Both the position numbers and the translations under genes were made by a program. 64,000 nucleotides of DNA, from contig CAVXRD010000002.1 in the NCBI GenBank assembly GCA_963764165.1, positions 3,296,001 through 3,360,000 of the forward strand, read 5' to 3'. The notes under the pieces were generated by a model. The model worked only from the letters and a program-made list of their open reading frames with translations, had not been told where the DNA came from and did not search any database. Source of the stretch: an uncultured Verrucomicrobiae bacterium. Lineage in GTDB: Bacteria; Verrucomicrobiota; Verrucomicrobiia; Limisphaerales; Palsa-1400. This document shows, in pieces, positions 10,325-20,700 of the stretch. How positions within the stretch are numbered: the first letter of the stretch is position 1; every line of letters begins with the position of its first letter.

Positions 10325-11770
10325 GTGAGCCAACTGCTGATGAATTCCGCCTCGCCCATTTTCAAGCCGGAGACCCCCGATTTTCGGGATCACCTGGCGA
10401 CAGCGGACGACACGGGGCGGCGGAAATGGGTTTACCCGCGCCAGCCGGAAGGGCGGTTCTACGAACGCCGCAAATATGCAAGCTGGGCGCTGCTGGGAAT
10501 TCTCTTTCTGGCGCCATTCATCAAAATCAATGGCAACCCGATGCTGATGATCAACGTGGTCACGCGCCGCTTTTCGATATTGGGCCACATTTTCTGGCCG
10601 CAGGACATGGTGCTGGTGGCCGTCTCGCTGCTGCTTTTCTTCACCGGCATCATGATATTCACCGCCGCTTACGGGCGGCTCTGGTGCGGCTGGGTTTGCC
10701 CGCAAACGCTGTTCATGGAAATGGTTTTTCGGCGGCTTGAGTACGCCATTGAAGGCGATGCCCGCTCCCAGCGCGCTCTCGGCTCCGCGCCGTGGACGCA
10801 GCGGAAGATCGGCATCAAAGTGTTCAAGCACGCGGTTTTTTTCGCCCTTTCCTTTGCCATCTCGAATCTCTTGCTAAGCTATATCATCGGAGTTGATCAG
10901 CTCTTTGCCATCGTCGCAGACGCTCCATCGCGGCATTTGAGCGGGCTGGCCTACTTGCTTGTGTTTGCCGGGGTATTCTATCTGGTTTTCGCGCGGTTTC
11001 GCGAGCAGGCCTGCACCTTCATTTGTCCTTACGGCCGATTCCAATCGACGGTCATTGATGAAAACACCATCGTCGTCGCCTACGATCACAAACGCGGAGA
11101 AGGCCGCGCCCGGCAGCAAAGCGGCCAGACTGAAACGGAGCGGCGCGGCGCGGGGCATGGCGACTGCATCGATTGCGGCATCTGCGTCCAAGTCTGCCCG
11201 ACCGGCATCGATATCCGCAACGGCATCCAAATGGAATGTGTCAACTGCACGGCGTGCATTGATGCCTGCGATTCCGTGATGGACAAGACGTTCCGCGAGC
11301 GGGGATTGATCCGGTATGCCTCGGTGAACGGAATCGAGCGCGGTGAACGGTTCCGCTGGACCCCGCGCATGTCCGCCTACGCGGGAATTCTGACCGTGCT
11401 GATCAGCCTGTTCCTGTTCCTCATTCTGATGCGCTCCAATGTCGAAGCCACGCTTTTGCGCGCGCCGGGCGCGATGTTCCAGCAATTGCCCAGCGGCAAT
11501 CTCATCAATCTCTACACCGTCCAGCTTGTCAATAAAACATCCAAGCCGCTTCCGGTGCAATTGAAGCTGGAGGATGTGCCCGGCAAGCTATCGATCATGG
11601 GCGACCCGAATCCGGTCGTGCCCGGCGAGCAGCTCGCGGAAACTTCCATATTGATCGAACTCGCGCCGGAATTGCTGCGGGACGGGCCGAAGCGATTTGA
11701 TGTGGGCGTTTATTCCGAAGGCAAGAAAATCCAGACTGTCCACACAACGTTCATTGGCCCGCGCAATTGA
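10325..11770 (+). CDS. ccoG: cytochrome c oxidase accessory protein CcoG/FixG
   Basis: GRLWCGWVCPQT, CPYGRFQ, CIDCGICVQVCPTGIDIR, ECVNCTACIDAC. Confidence 0.95.
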   Translation: MSQLLMNSASPIFKPETPDFRDHLATADDTGRRKWVYPRQPEGRFYERRKYASWALLGILFLAPFIKINGNPMLMINVVTRRFSILGHIFWPQDMVLVAVSLLLFFTGIMIFTAAYGRLWCGWVCPQTLFMEMVFRRLEYAIEGDARSQRALGSAPWTQRKIGIKVFKHAVFFALSFAISNLLLSYIIGVDQLFAIVADAPSRHLSGLAYLLVFAGVFYLVFARFREQACTFICPYGRFQSTVIDENTIVVAYDHKRGEGRARQQSGQTETERRGAGHGDCIDCGICVQVCPTGIDIRNGIQMECVNCTACIDACDSVMDKTFRERGLIRYASVNGIERGERFRWTPRMSAYAGILTVLISLFLFLILMRSNVEATLLRAPGAMFQQLPSGNLINLYTVQLVNKTSKPLPVQLKLEDVPGKLSIMGDPNPVVPGEQLAETSILIELAPELLRDGPKRFDVGVYSEGKKIQTVHTTFIGPRN

Positions 11771-11782
11771 GCATTTCGAGTT

Positions 11783-12263
11783 ATGAGAATTTTTCCAAAA
11801 GTCAAAAACTGGTGGCCGGCTGGCCTCGTGATATTTTTCATTTTGTTCGGCGGATACATTGCCGGTTTTGTCATCTTCGCCAGCAGCCAGAGAATGGATT
11901 TGGTGCGCGAGGATTATTATGACCAGGAGATTCGTTTCCAAAAGCAAATAGACCGCGTCAACCGCAGCGCGCCCGTTCTTGCGGACGCCTCCATCGTTTA
12001 CAGCCCCGCGGCCGCGCAAATCACCGTGAGCCTGCCATCTGTCAATCAAAGCAATATACTCGGCACGATCACCTTCTACCGCCCGTCCGACGCCGGAATG
12101 GATGCGAGCGTCAAACTTGGATTGAACGCGGCAGGTTCGCAGAGCCTGGGCGTTGGCAATCTCCAAAACGGTTTGTGGAGAGTGCGCGTGCAATGGACGC
12201 AAGGCGGGCAGGAGGTACTTTTTTGAGAAGCCGATCACCATCGGCGCGGTGGCATCATCGTGA
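11783..12263 (+). CDS. ccoH: FixH/CcoH family protein with an apparent +1 frameshift near its 3' end
   Basis: DLVREDYYDQEI, FYRPSDA, GLWRVRVQW. As read it stops at 12226; removing one G at 12215 gives EYFFEKPITI... ending at TGA 12261-12263, overlapping the next start (GTGA). Confidence 0.85.
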
Positions 12264-12955
12264 ACCTTGTCGCGGCATTTGTTTTGGGGCTGGCCGGCAG
12301 TCTGCACTGCGCGGTGATGTGCGGCCCGCTTCTGCTCGCCGTCCAATCCGCCAGGAAAACCAGCCACCAATCCACCCACCACCTCGCCTACCATTCCGGA
12401 CGCCTCGCCATCTACGCGGCGCTGGGGGCGATCTCCGGTTTAATCGGCGCTGCTGTCATTCTGGCAGGATTCCAACGCTGGCTTTCAGTCCTCGCCGGAG
12501 CATTGATCCTGATCGCGCTATTCATCAGCGCCCGCGCAAAATGGACCGGCCTCGCCGGACGCGCTGTGATGGCAGTCAAATCGAAATTTGGCGCGCTCCT
12601 TCAACGTCGCACGATGGGCGCGACATTCCTGCTCGGCGGCTTGAATGGCCTGCTTCCTTGCGGCCTGGTCTACGTCGCCTGCGCCGCCGCGTCCTCTTCG
12701 GGAACCGCGTCGGGCGGCGCGACCTCCATGCTGGCCTTCGGCCTTGGCACACTGCCAGCGCTTGTGTGCGTCACCGCCGCCGGAAAAGTCTTCCGCTGGA
12801 CGAACCCGCCCGGCATGCGCCGCATTGTCGTTGCGTTCGCGGCGATGGCGGCGCTGCTGCTCATCGTCCGCGGCCTCTCGCTGGGAATCCCTTTCGTCAG
12901 CCCCAAATACAGCGCCAGCCGCGGCCCCGCCTGTCCCCTTTGCGAATCGCGCTGA
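12260..12955 (+). CDS. DsbD_2/TauE-SafE-like membrane protein typical of cco clusters
   Basis: GSLHCAVMCGP, YHSGR, NGLLPCGLVY, MLAFGLGT. Confidence 0.88.
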   Translation: MNLVAAFVLGLAGSLHCAVMCGPLLLAVQSARKTSHQSTHHLAYHSGRLAIYAALGAISGLIGAAVILAGFQRWLSVLAGALILIALFISARAKWTGLAGRAVMAVKSKFGALLQRRTMGATFLLGGLNGLLPCGLVYVACAAASSSGTASGGATSMLAFGLGTLPALVCVTAAGKVFRWTNPPGMRRIVVAFAAMAALLLIVRGLSLGIPFVSPKYSASRGPACPLCESR

Positions 12956-12966
12956 GACGCTTCCCA

Positions 12967-14289
12967 TTACGGAACAACCGGAAAGGCGGGGGCGATCCAA
13001 TCGTAAGTGGAGCGGGTGGAGCCGTCACGGAACGTGACGCCATGCGGATTGAATCTCATTCGATCGGGCGCGGTTTGCCCGCGGCAATCGATGGACCCGA
13101 TTCCGAAATCGGTGACCGGCCGCACTTCTCCTGGTTCGCAAATTCCATTGCCATTAACGTCCTGCCAGAGACAAATGCCATCCAACTCGGAGCCGCTCAG
13201 GACAAAATCGCCATTATCATCGAGCGACGAAAGGGCCTCGTATCCATCGCGCCAGAATATCCAGAAGGTCACTTGGCCAAACATTTGCAAACCGGACGTG
13301 ATGTGGCGCGAGCCGGTGTGATCGTAAACGAGCCATGCCGCGTTGGTCGTGACCCAGCCCCAGCGGCGCGGCAGCCCGCTGCCGTCAAGGTCGAACTGGA
13401 CGCTGGCGTTGGAATTGACGAGTTCAGAAAATGTTGAATTGGGTTTAAGAGGGACAAGGATTGGTGTCATGGCACGCCCCATCGAATTGAGCGACTTTTC
13501 ATCAGACGAGAGTTGCGCGATTTCTTTGGCATCTTTGACGGGATCCAGAAGTTTCTTCAAATAGCCGATGATTTCCTCGGAAAAACAAATCCCCGGTCCG
13601 AGGGAAGCCTTCGGACGCGTAAACGGATTACTTTTGCCACGCAACCGATACCATGACCACGAGATCTGCTCTTGGAGGGTGATATCGGGATCAACCTCTG
13701 CCTTCCACGCCAATTGCAGCGCCCGCCGGTAGGCTACGATTGCCTCCTGTTTCCTCCCGGCTTGATCAAGCGTCCAGGCAAGGCCAGCGTGAATCGGCAA
13801 TGAAGTCCAGCGATCTTTCTCAGAACTCTCGGAAACGGCTTTGGATGCCATTTGAAAAAAGGAGATGGCATTGCTCAGGTGCTGGAGTGCGTTTGTTTGG
13901 TCTGAGGGAGAGCGTTTTGAAAAGTACTCGCGCGGATCTCCTATTTTGCGCCAATCGGGGTAGCGGCTTTTCTTGGAAAACAATTCGATGGTGGCTGGCG
14001 TCCCGCCATCGGAACCGTAGCCATAATAGGGAGTGTGCAAGCGCTTATCCCAAGGAATTTCAGTCAAGTTGGTGGCATAAGCCATGGAATGGACACGGGC
14101 GAGCGCATACAGCCAAGCGGGATTTGAAGGTTCATTCCTGTGGAATCGTTCGAGATTCGCCAAAGCCCGCCCAATGGGCACCGCTTCGAGATCCGGCCTC
14201 ATAAACATGGCCTTCGCGCCATTGGCGGCCACGCAAAGAAAAATGAGCACCCAGCCCCGCAGCGATCTCATGGGAACGGACTTAAACAA
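12967..14289 (-). CDS. secreted protein with TPR-like region and C-terminal Ca-binding (DxDGxG/EF-hand-like) domain
   Basis: Signal-like N-terminus; FDLDGSG, LDDNGD, WQDVNGNG motifs. Confidence 0.65.
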   Translation of the reverse strand: MFKSVPMRSLRGWVLIFLCVAANGAKAMFMRPDLEAVPIGRALANLERFHRNEPSNPAWLYALARVHSMAYATNLTEIPWDKRLHTPYYGYGSDGGTPATIELFSKKSRYPDWRKIGDPREYFSKRSPSDQTNALQHLSNAISFFQMASKAVSESSEKDRWTSLPIHAGLAWTLDQAGRKQEAIVAYRRALQLAWKAEVDPDITLQEQISWSWYRLRGKSNPFTRPKASLGPGICFSEEIIGYLKKLLDPVKDAKEIAQLSSDEKSLNSMGRAMTPILVPLKPNSTFSELVNSNASVQFDLDGSGLPRRWGWVTTNAAWLVYDHTGSRHITSGLQMFGQVTFWIFWRDGYEALSSLDDNGDFVLSGSELDGICLWQDVNGNGICEPGEVRPVTDFGIGSIDCRGQTAPDRMRFNPHGVTFRDGSTRSTYDWIAPAFPVVP

Positions 14290-14370
14290 ATCGAAGACCG
14301 CATGCCAATTCTAAAAAAACTGGATTATGACCGGCTGCGCCAGCTGCTGCTAACTGCATCAAGCAAAGAA

Positions 14371-14446
14371 TGGGGTGGCCAACGGGACTCGAACCCGCAA
14401 CAACAAGCTCCACAAGCTTGGACTCTACCATTGAGCTATGGCCACC
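14371..14446 (-). tRNA. tRNA-His(GUG)
   Basis: Reverse complement folds as a cloverleaf: G-1, acceptor GTGGCCA/TGGCCAC, anticodon arm CAAGC-TTGTGGA-GCTTG, GGTTCGAGTCC T-arm, encoded CCA. Confidence 0.97.
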
Positions 14447-14570
14447 AGACCGATGATCACTTTAATTTCCAGATACCCTCCAGTCAAGCCGCGACATCAG
14501 CCCCGAGGCGAGGCGTCCCTGCCTTTAATGCGACGTAAAACTTTGAACATCGCGCACTCTCCATTAAGTT

Positions 14571-17060
14571 ATGGCCATGTCGTCGATGGCCGATCAGTTG
14601 GACAATCTCGCTTCGCTCCAGCGGGTCGCCATTCCCGACCTCTGGCAGCAGCAGGCCGTCGCCGCGCTGCGCGACGGCAGCGACGTGGTCGTTCACGCGC
14701 CAACCGGCTCGGGCAAGACGCTCATCTTCGAATTGTGGTCCAACCAGGGACGGAATCGTGGCCAGGCGATTTACACTGTTCCCACTCGCGCGCTGGCCAA
14801 CGACAAACTGGCCGAGTGGCGCGCGCGCGGCTGGGATGTCGGCATTGCCACTGGCGATTTGTCGGAAAACCTCTCCGCGCCCGTCATCGTGGCGACGCTT
14901 GAGACGCAAAAAAATCGCCTGATTCAAGGCGATGGCCCGGCGCTGCTGGTTGTCGACGAATATCAAATGCTGGGCGATGTGGATCGCGGCTTGAATTACG
15001 AACTGGCTCTCGCGCTGGCGCCGCCGAAAACGCAATTGCTGCTCTTGAGCGGCAGCGTCGCCAATCCGCAAAACGTGGTGCAATGGCTGCAGCGGCTCGG
15101 ACGCAAAGCGACTCTGATCCGCCATGATCTTCGCCCGGTGCCGCTGGAGGAAGTTCACGCCAACAATTTAAATTATCATGTTCCCTCGGAAATTCGCGGT
15201 TACTGGCCGCGCCTTGTGGCCAAGGCGCTGGCGGAGGATTTGGGGCCGATCCTCATTTTCGCGCCACGACGCCAGGCCGCTGAATCAATGGCTTCCGAAT
15301 TGGCGCGAACGCTTCCGACTCCAAATCCGCTGAGCCTCAGCGCCGAACAAAAAGCGCTCGCGGGCGATAATCTCGCGCGAATGCTCAAGGCGCGCGTCTG
15401 CTATCACCACAGCGGGTTGAGCTACGCGGCGCGCGCGGGCGTGGTGGAACCGCTGGCCAAGGCGGGGCAATTGCGGGTGGTGGTTGCCACGATGGGATTG
15501 GCCGCCGGCATTAATTTTTCGCTCCGCAGCGTGGCGGTGGCGGCCGATTCCTATCGCCGCGACAACGTGGAGCATATGTTGCGGGCGGATGAAATTCTGC
15601 AAATGTTCGGACGAGCGGGTCGGCGCGGGCTGGACGAAACCGGTTTTATTCTGATCTCAGCCAACGAACTTCGTTTGCTTGACGCTCGTCCGGGCCATTT
15701 GTCGCGCGGCGGATCCGTTGATTGGAACGCGCTGCTTGGCTTGATGGACGCGGCGGCGGCGCGCGGACTGGAACCGTTTCAAGAAGCGGTGCGCGTGCAG
15801 GAGCGTTTGTTCACGACCAAGCCCATTGCGCTCGGCATCGAGGAATCTGTCAAACATCCAGTGACGCCGTGCGGCTTGAAGACAGACGCCGAACGCGCCC
15901 GCCATGTCCGCACTCAGGTCCGCCAAATGCTCAACAGCCGCGGCGAATGGGAAAATTTTCCGCCCGCGAGCGAACGCCCGGCCCGCGACGTCGTCGTGAC
16001 GGAGAGCGCGGAAACTTTGAAATGCCACAGTGTTCTTTCGGAACCGGCGGCGATGGACAAGCCAAGCCTCGGCCGGCTCTGTGTGTTGCAGGATGACGAG
16101 CGCGGAAAAGTTTACGGACGCGCCACGACGGTCGCCGATTTGCTCAACGACAATCGCGTGCTGCTGCACAAATGGGTGCGCCGCCTCGTCAATTGGAACG
16201 GGCGCCAGGTGCCGCGGGAAGTTTGGGACCTGGAAATTGTTCCGTTGCTCAACGGGAAATTCGCCGCGCAGAAAACGCCTGTCGTGCGGATGTTGCAGGA
16301 GGAGCAACACATCGTCGCCCATCTCAGCCTCAATGAAACGCCGGTCAGATGTTTTATTGACAGTCATGGCGTGGCGTTTTGGAAACAGATCGAACGGGAA
16401 GTGATGCCGCCCGATTGCGCTCGCTGCGAGCTTGTTCCCGTGTGCCAAAGCCTTCCCACCAGCACCGGCGTGGCATTGCTCTGGCGGCGGCTGGGTTTGG
16501 TTGACACAGCGGGCGTGCCAACACGGCGAGGAAAAATCGCGAGCTATTTTTCACAAGGAGACGGTCTGGCCATCGCCGCCGCTTTGGAGGACGAGTCGTA
16601 TCCCATCAGCGAACTCATCTATGACCTCGCCAATCTCGACGCCAGTTTTCGCTTCGCTGGCGAGGACAGCCGCTGGGCCGGGCGGTTGGCGACTGCGTCT
16701 CGCAAAGTTTATGGCTTGCAGAGTGTTGCCGGCTATCTCGATGCGGGCATTCCGCCCAGGTACGGTTCCGGCGCGGAACAGGTGGTGGCCGCCGTCCACA
16801 AAGATCCGCTGAGCAAGCACGGGTGGACGAATGAGATTTTGGGGGCAGGGGACATTGACCGCGTCATTATCGAATGGCGCAGCCTGCTGCGGCAAACGGC
16901 GCATGCGCCGGAACTGGACTGGTCGCGCTGGCGTCAACTACAGGAAGCGGCGAAGGGAATTTTGCAGGAAACGGAATCGCCGACGATCACGACCCTGCCG
17001 CCGTTGGAATATCACCAGACGAAGCGGGTAAGCCACCGGCTTATACTCCGGCGGCATTGA
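14571..17060 (+). CDS. Ski2-like SF2 DEAD/DEAH-box helicase
   Basis: APTGSGKT, VPTRALAN, DEYQ, LSGS, YHHSGL, QMFGRAGRRG. Confidence 0.9.
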   Translation: MAMSSMADQLDNLASLQRVAIPDLWQQQAVAALRDGSDVVVHAPTGSGKTLIFELWSNQGRNRGQAIYTVPTRALANDKLAEWRARGWDVGIATGDLSENLSAPVIVATLETQKNRLIQGDGPALLVVDEYQMLGDVDRGLNYELALALAPPKTQLLLLSGSVANPQNVVQWLQRLGRKATLIRHDLRPVPLEEVHANNLNYHVPSEIRGYWPRLVAKALAEDLGPILIFAPRRQAAESMASELARTLPTPNPLSLSAEQKALAGDNLARMLKARVCYHHSGLSYAARAGVVEPLAKAGQLRVVVATMGLAAGINFSLRSVAVAADSYRRDNVEHMLRADEILQMFGRAGRRGLDETGFILISANELRLLDARPGHLSRGGSVDWNALLGLMDAAAARGLEPFQEAVRVQERLFTTKPIALGIEESVKHPVTPCGLKTDAERARHVRTQVRQMLNSRGEWENFPPASERPARDVVVTESAETLKCHSVLSEPAAMDKPSLGRLCVLQDDERGKVYGRATTVADLLNDNRVLLHKWVRRLVNWNGRQVPREVWDLEIVPLLNGKFAAQKTPVVRMLQEEQHIVAHLSLNETPVRCFIDSHGVAFWKQIEREVMPPDCARCELVPVCQSLPTSTGVALLWRRLGLVDTAGVPTRRGKIASYFSQGDGLAIAAALEDESYPISELIYDLANLDASFRFAGEDSRWAGRLATASRKVYGLQSVAGYLDAGIPPRYGSGAEQVVAAVHKDPLSKHGWTNEILGAGDIDRVIIEWRSLLRQTAHAPELDWSRWRQLQEAAKGILQETESPTITTLPPLEYHQTKRVSHRLILRRH

Positions 17061-17081
17061 TCGCGGCGGGTGGGACGGAAA

Positions 17082-17513
17082 TTACTTGGCGCCCTGGTCG
17101 ATCCATGCGCGGATCAAACCTATTTGCTCCGGCGTAAGCGGCGCGATGTTGCCCTTGTTCTTGGGCGGCGGCATGTAATCGTCCGCGTCGCCCTGGTGCG
17201 AAACCATGATGACGACGTCGCTCTTCCCGCTGTTGCCGACAATGACGCATGGGCCATCTTCTCCGCCTTTCAAAACCGCTTCCAAACTGTCGGCGCGAAA
17301 TTTTCCCTTCGGCTTTTGCGTTTTGGGGCCGTGGCAGGGGTAGCAGGACTTGGCGAAAATGGGTTGAATATCGTTCGTGTAGGTCACGCCCTGCTTGGTG
17401 GAAGCAGGAGGAAGCAATTTCGGATCGACGGCTGTTTTGTCTCCGGCGAACGCGACCATGGCGATCAGCGAGCAACCGGCAGCGGCACAGAAAATCAATG
17501 ATTTCGACAACAT
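17082..17513 (-). CDS. planctomycete-type cytochrome c domain protein
   Basis: Signal peptide, DIQPIFAKSCYPCHG, MPP, LIRAWIDQGA. Confidence 0.88.
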   Translation of the reverse strand: MLSKSLIFCAAAGCSLIAMVAFAGDKTAVDPKLLPPASTKQGVTYTNDIQPIFAKSCYPCHGPKTQKPKGKFRADSLEAVLKGGEDGPCVIVGNSGKSDVVIMVSHQGDADDYMPPPKNKGNIAPLTPEQIGLIRAWIDQGAK

Positions 17514-17574
17514 GGACCTGAGTTAAACCAGAGAATTCGCGCCGCGTAAAGTTTATTTGAGAGCCGGAACTTTC

Positions 17575-17643
17575 ACAGAAGATAACGAAGCGAACGAAGA
17601 AGTCCGTATTCCCATCCTCTTCGTTGCCTTCGTGTTCTTCTGT
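17575..17643. repeat. inverted repeat built from 9-bp periodic units
   Basis: ACAGAAGATAACGAAGCGAACGAAGA (17575-17600) versus TCTTCGTTGCCTTCGTGTTCTTCTGT (17618-17643). Confidence 0.6.
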
Positions 17644-17714
17644 TGAATTTTCACAGCCGCCGTACGCCGTTCGACGTAATGACGGCATGCCGCGCACTCG
17701 CTAGAGTCGGCACC

Positions 17715-20700
17715 ATGAAAAGTAATCTAATTGACACACTCACGCTCGCTCGCCGAGCGAATCGGGGAACCAACGGGCCACAGCCAAATGAGCCATTTCG
17801 CTTTGCCAGCTGCTTCCGAATTCTCAGCCTGCCACTTCAGTTTCTCGCCGCCTTGATGCTGGTGACAAATGCCATCGCGGCACCGGCGTTGAAGATCACG
17901 ACCAAGTCGCTGCCCAACGCCACGGTGGGCACGCCGTATCTTCAAACACTGTCCGTCTCCGGCGGCGCGCCGCCTTACACTTGGGCCGTGCAATCGGGCG
18001 GACTGCCGAGTTTGCTGACCCTTAATCCGACCAACGGACAAATAACGGGGATGCCCACCGCCTCGGGTTCTTGGGTCTATAGCTATCCGTTTTCCGTCTA
18101 CATCAGGGTTGCCGACGCGAATTCGAACACGGCCTTCGCCAGTTACTCGTTCTACGTTGTTCCCCCCTCCAACACTTACTACCAGTTGACCGTCAACAAC
18201 GGCACGGGCGGCGGGTTTTACACCTCGAATACATCTGTCGCCATTTCGGCCAACAATGCCCCGGCTGGCCAGGCCTTTCAGCAATGGGTTGGCGCGCCGG
18301 TCGGTTCGCCGACTTCCGCATCCACGACTCTGTTGATGCCGGGTTCGAACGTCACCGTGACGGCGACATACGCGCCTGTCAATCAAACCTACGCGCTCAC
18401 GGTGGTCAACGGCACGGGGAGCGGTTCCTACGCCTCGAATGCCTCCGTGACCATCACCGCCAATCCCCCCGCCGCCGGCCAGGTGTTCCAATCGTGGACC
18501 GGCGCGGCGGTGGCCAATCCACTCTCGGCGACCACGACGCTCGTCATGCCCGCGGCGACCGCGAAGGTGACCGCCAATTATGCGGCAATTCCGTCACTCG
18601 CGATTGTCAAACAAACGCTGCCGAGCGCGGTTGTCGGCGTGCCGTATTCACAGGCTCTGAGCGCCACGGGAGGGTTTCCGCCTTACACTTGGAACGTGCA
18701 GTCCGGCGCATTGCCGGATGTTCTGACGTTGAATTCGACCAACGGGATTATTTCGGGCATCGCGACGGCGGCCGGATCATGGGTATTCACATACACCAAC
18801 CTCGCTTATGTCGTGGTGACCGATTCGGCCTCCAACACCGCCGCGGCCACCTTCGCAATACCGGTGGTTCCCGCGCCCAACACATATTTCACATTGACAG
18901 TCTCCAACGGAACTGGCGGCGGGTTTTATTTGACAAACACGCAGAACGGAATTTCCGCCAACGCCCCGGCCGCCGGGCAAATTTTCCAATACTGGACCGG
19001 GCCGGGCGTGGCGAATCCCAATGCAGCCAACACCTACGTCACGATGCCCGCGTCCAACATCACCGTGACGGCGGTTTATGGCACGGCTCCGCCGCCTCCG
19101 CCAACCTACGCGCTGACTGTGGTCGGTGGAACCGGCGGCGGCTCCTACGTGGCGGGCTCCACGGTGACGATTACGGCGAACACGCCGCCCGCGGGCGAAG
19201 TGTTCCAGGATTGGACGGGCGCGGCGGTCGGAAACCTGCTCGCCAGCACGACAACCATCATCATGCCGGCGGGCCCGGTAACGGTGACCGCCAATTTTGG
19301 CGCGCCGATTCCGACCTATTCGCTTACAGTGGTCAACGGCACGGGCAGCGGAAATTTCCCAGCCAACGCCACAGTGACGATTACTGCTAACTTTCCCTCC
19401 AGCGGCCAGTCGTTTGCCGGCTGGAGCGGCGCGAGCGTGGCCAGTGCAAGTTCGCTGACCACCACCCTCGTCATGCCGTCCAACAATGTGATTGTGACGG
19501 CAAATTACGGATTCCCGCCGCCTGCGGTCACCAACGTGCCGCAGCCGATTGCCAGCCATCCGCGTTTGTGGATCACGCCAGCCGACTTGCCGCGTTTGCA
19601 AAGCTGGGCCGTGGCGTCCAATGCCATTTATTCGCAGGGCCTGAAGCTCCTGGCCGATAAATGCGTTTACGATTTCCAGACGCAATTCTTCCCCGGCGGC
19701 CAGCCGAATCCGAATTATCCGGACCCGGGCGACACCCAGGGTTACGTCGGGTTGATCTCCGAGCAATACATGCTGGTGCTGGCGTTCAACGCCTTGATTG
19801 ACCCAAGCCAATCCAACCGTGTTCTATACGGCCAATGCGCGCACGACTTGATGATGTATGGCATCAACCAGGCGGCCCAGGGAGTGGCCCCCAACCTGCC
19901 ATTCCGGGATCGGCTGTTCCCAACTTACAATCGCGCGAGCTGGACTTCGGAAGCGTGGCCATTGACGCTCGATTGGCTCTACGACGCCACCAACGCCAGC
20001 GGACAGCCCATGTTCTCAGCACAGGACAAGGCAACGATCCGCAATGTGTTCCTGACGTGGGCCAGTGAATGCTCGACAGCGGAGACCACTGGCGGGGACA
20101 GTCCGTATCCGGTAGGTGTGTTGAATGATCCCAGCCTCCTGCCCGGCGGCAACGCCTACCGCTTTGCGGCCAACAATTATTACCAGGCGCACGCGCGGCT
20201 GCTGGCTATGATGTCGCTCTCGATTGACCCGGCCGACGACGCGCCGCTCAACACAAACCAGCCGCCGGCCCAGCTCGGCAACACGCTGCGCAGCTATATA
20301 CTTGACGTTACCGGCGCTTGGCTCTACCAGCAATTCGCCATGTTCGGCGACCCGGATGCGGTGGAAAGCGCCTACAATCTGCCCGCGACGGCTTCGGTCG
20401 GATTGGCCAGCGGCGGGCTTCCGCCGGAAGGCATGCTCTACGGCGATTCCGTCCGCTCCATCGCGGAGGAATTGCTCGCGCTCAAAACGGCGGGCTTCGG
20501 CGATCCGGCCCTCTCCGGCCCGCAAATCGCGCTGGCCAACAATGCGCCGGTTTGGTCGAGGTTCGTCACCGGTTTCATTTCTTCGCTGGTGCCGCAGCAG
20601 GCCGTGCCCTCCGATGAAAGCTACCTTGGCGAAGTTTACCAATTCGCCAGTTACGGCGATGTGTTGCGGATGTTCGCCACGCCGGACATGGTGACCGTGT

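Noticed and set aside
12967..14446. Genomic island integrated at tRNA-His
   Set aside because: No duplicated tRNA 3' end downstream and no integrase; a short GGGTGGCC..AACGGG match near 26670 is on the wrong side and probably chance.
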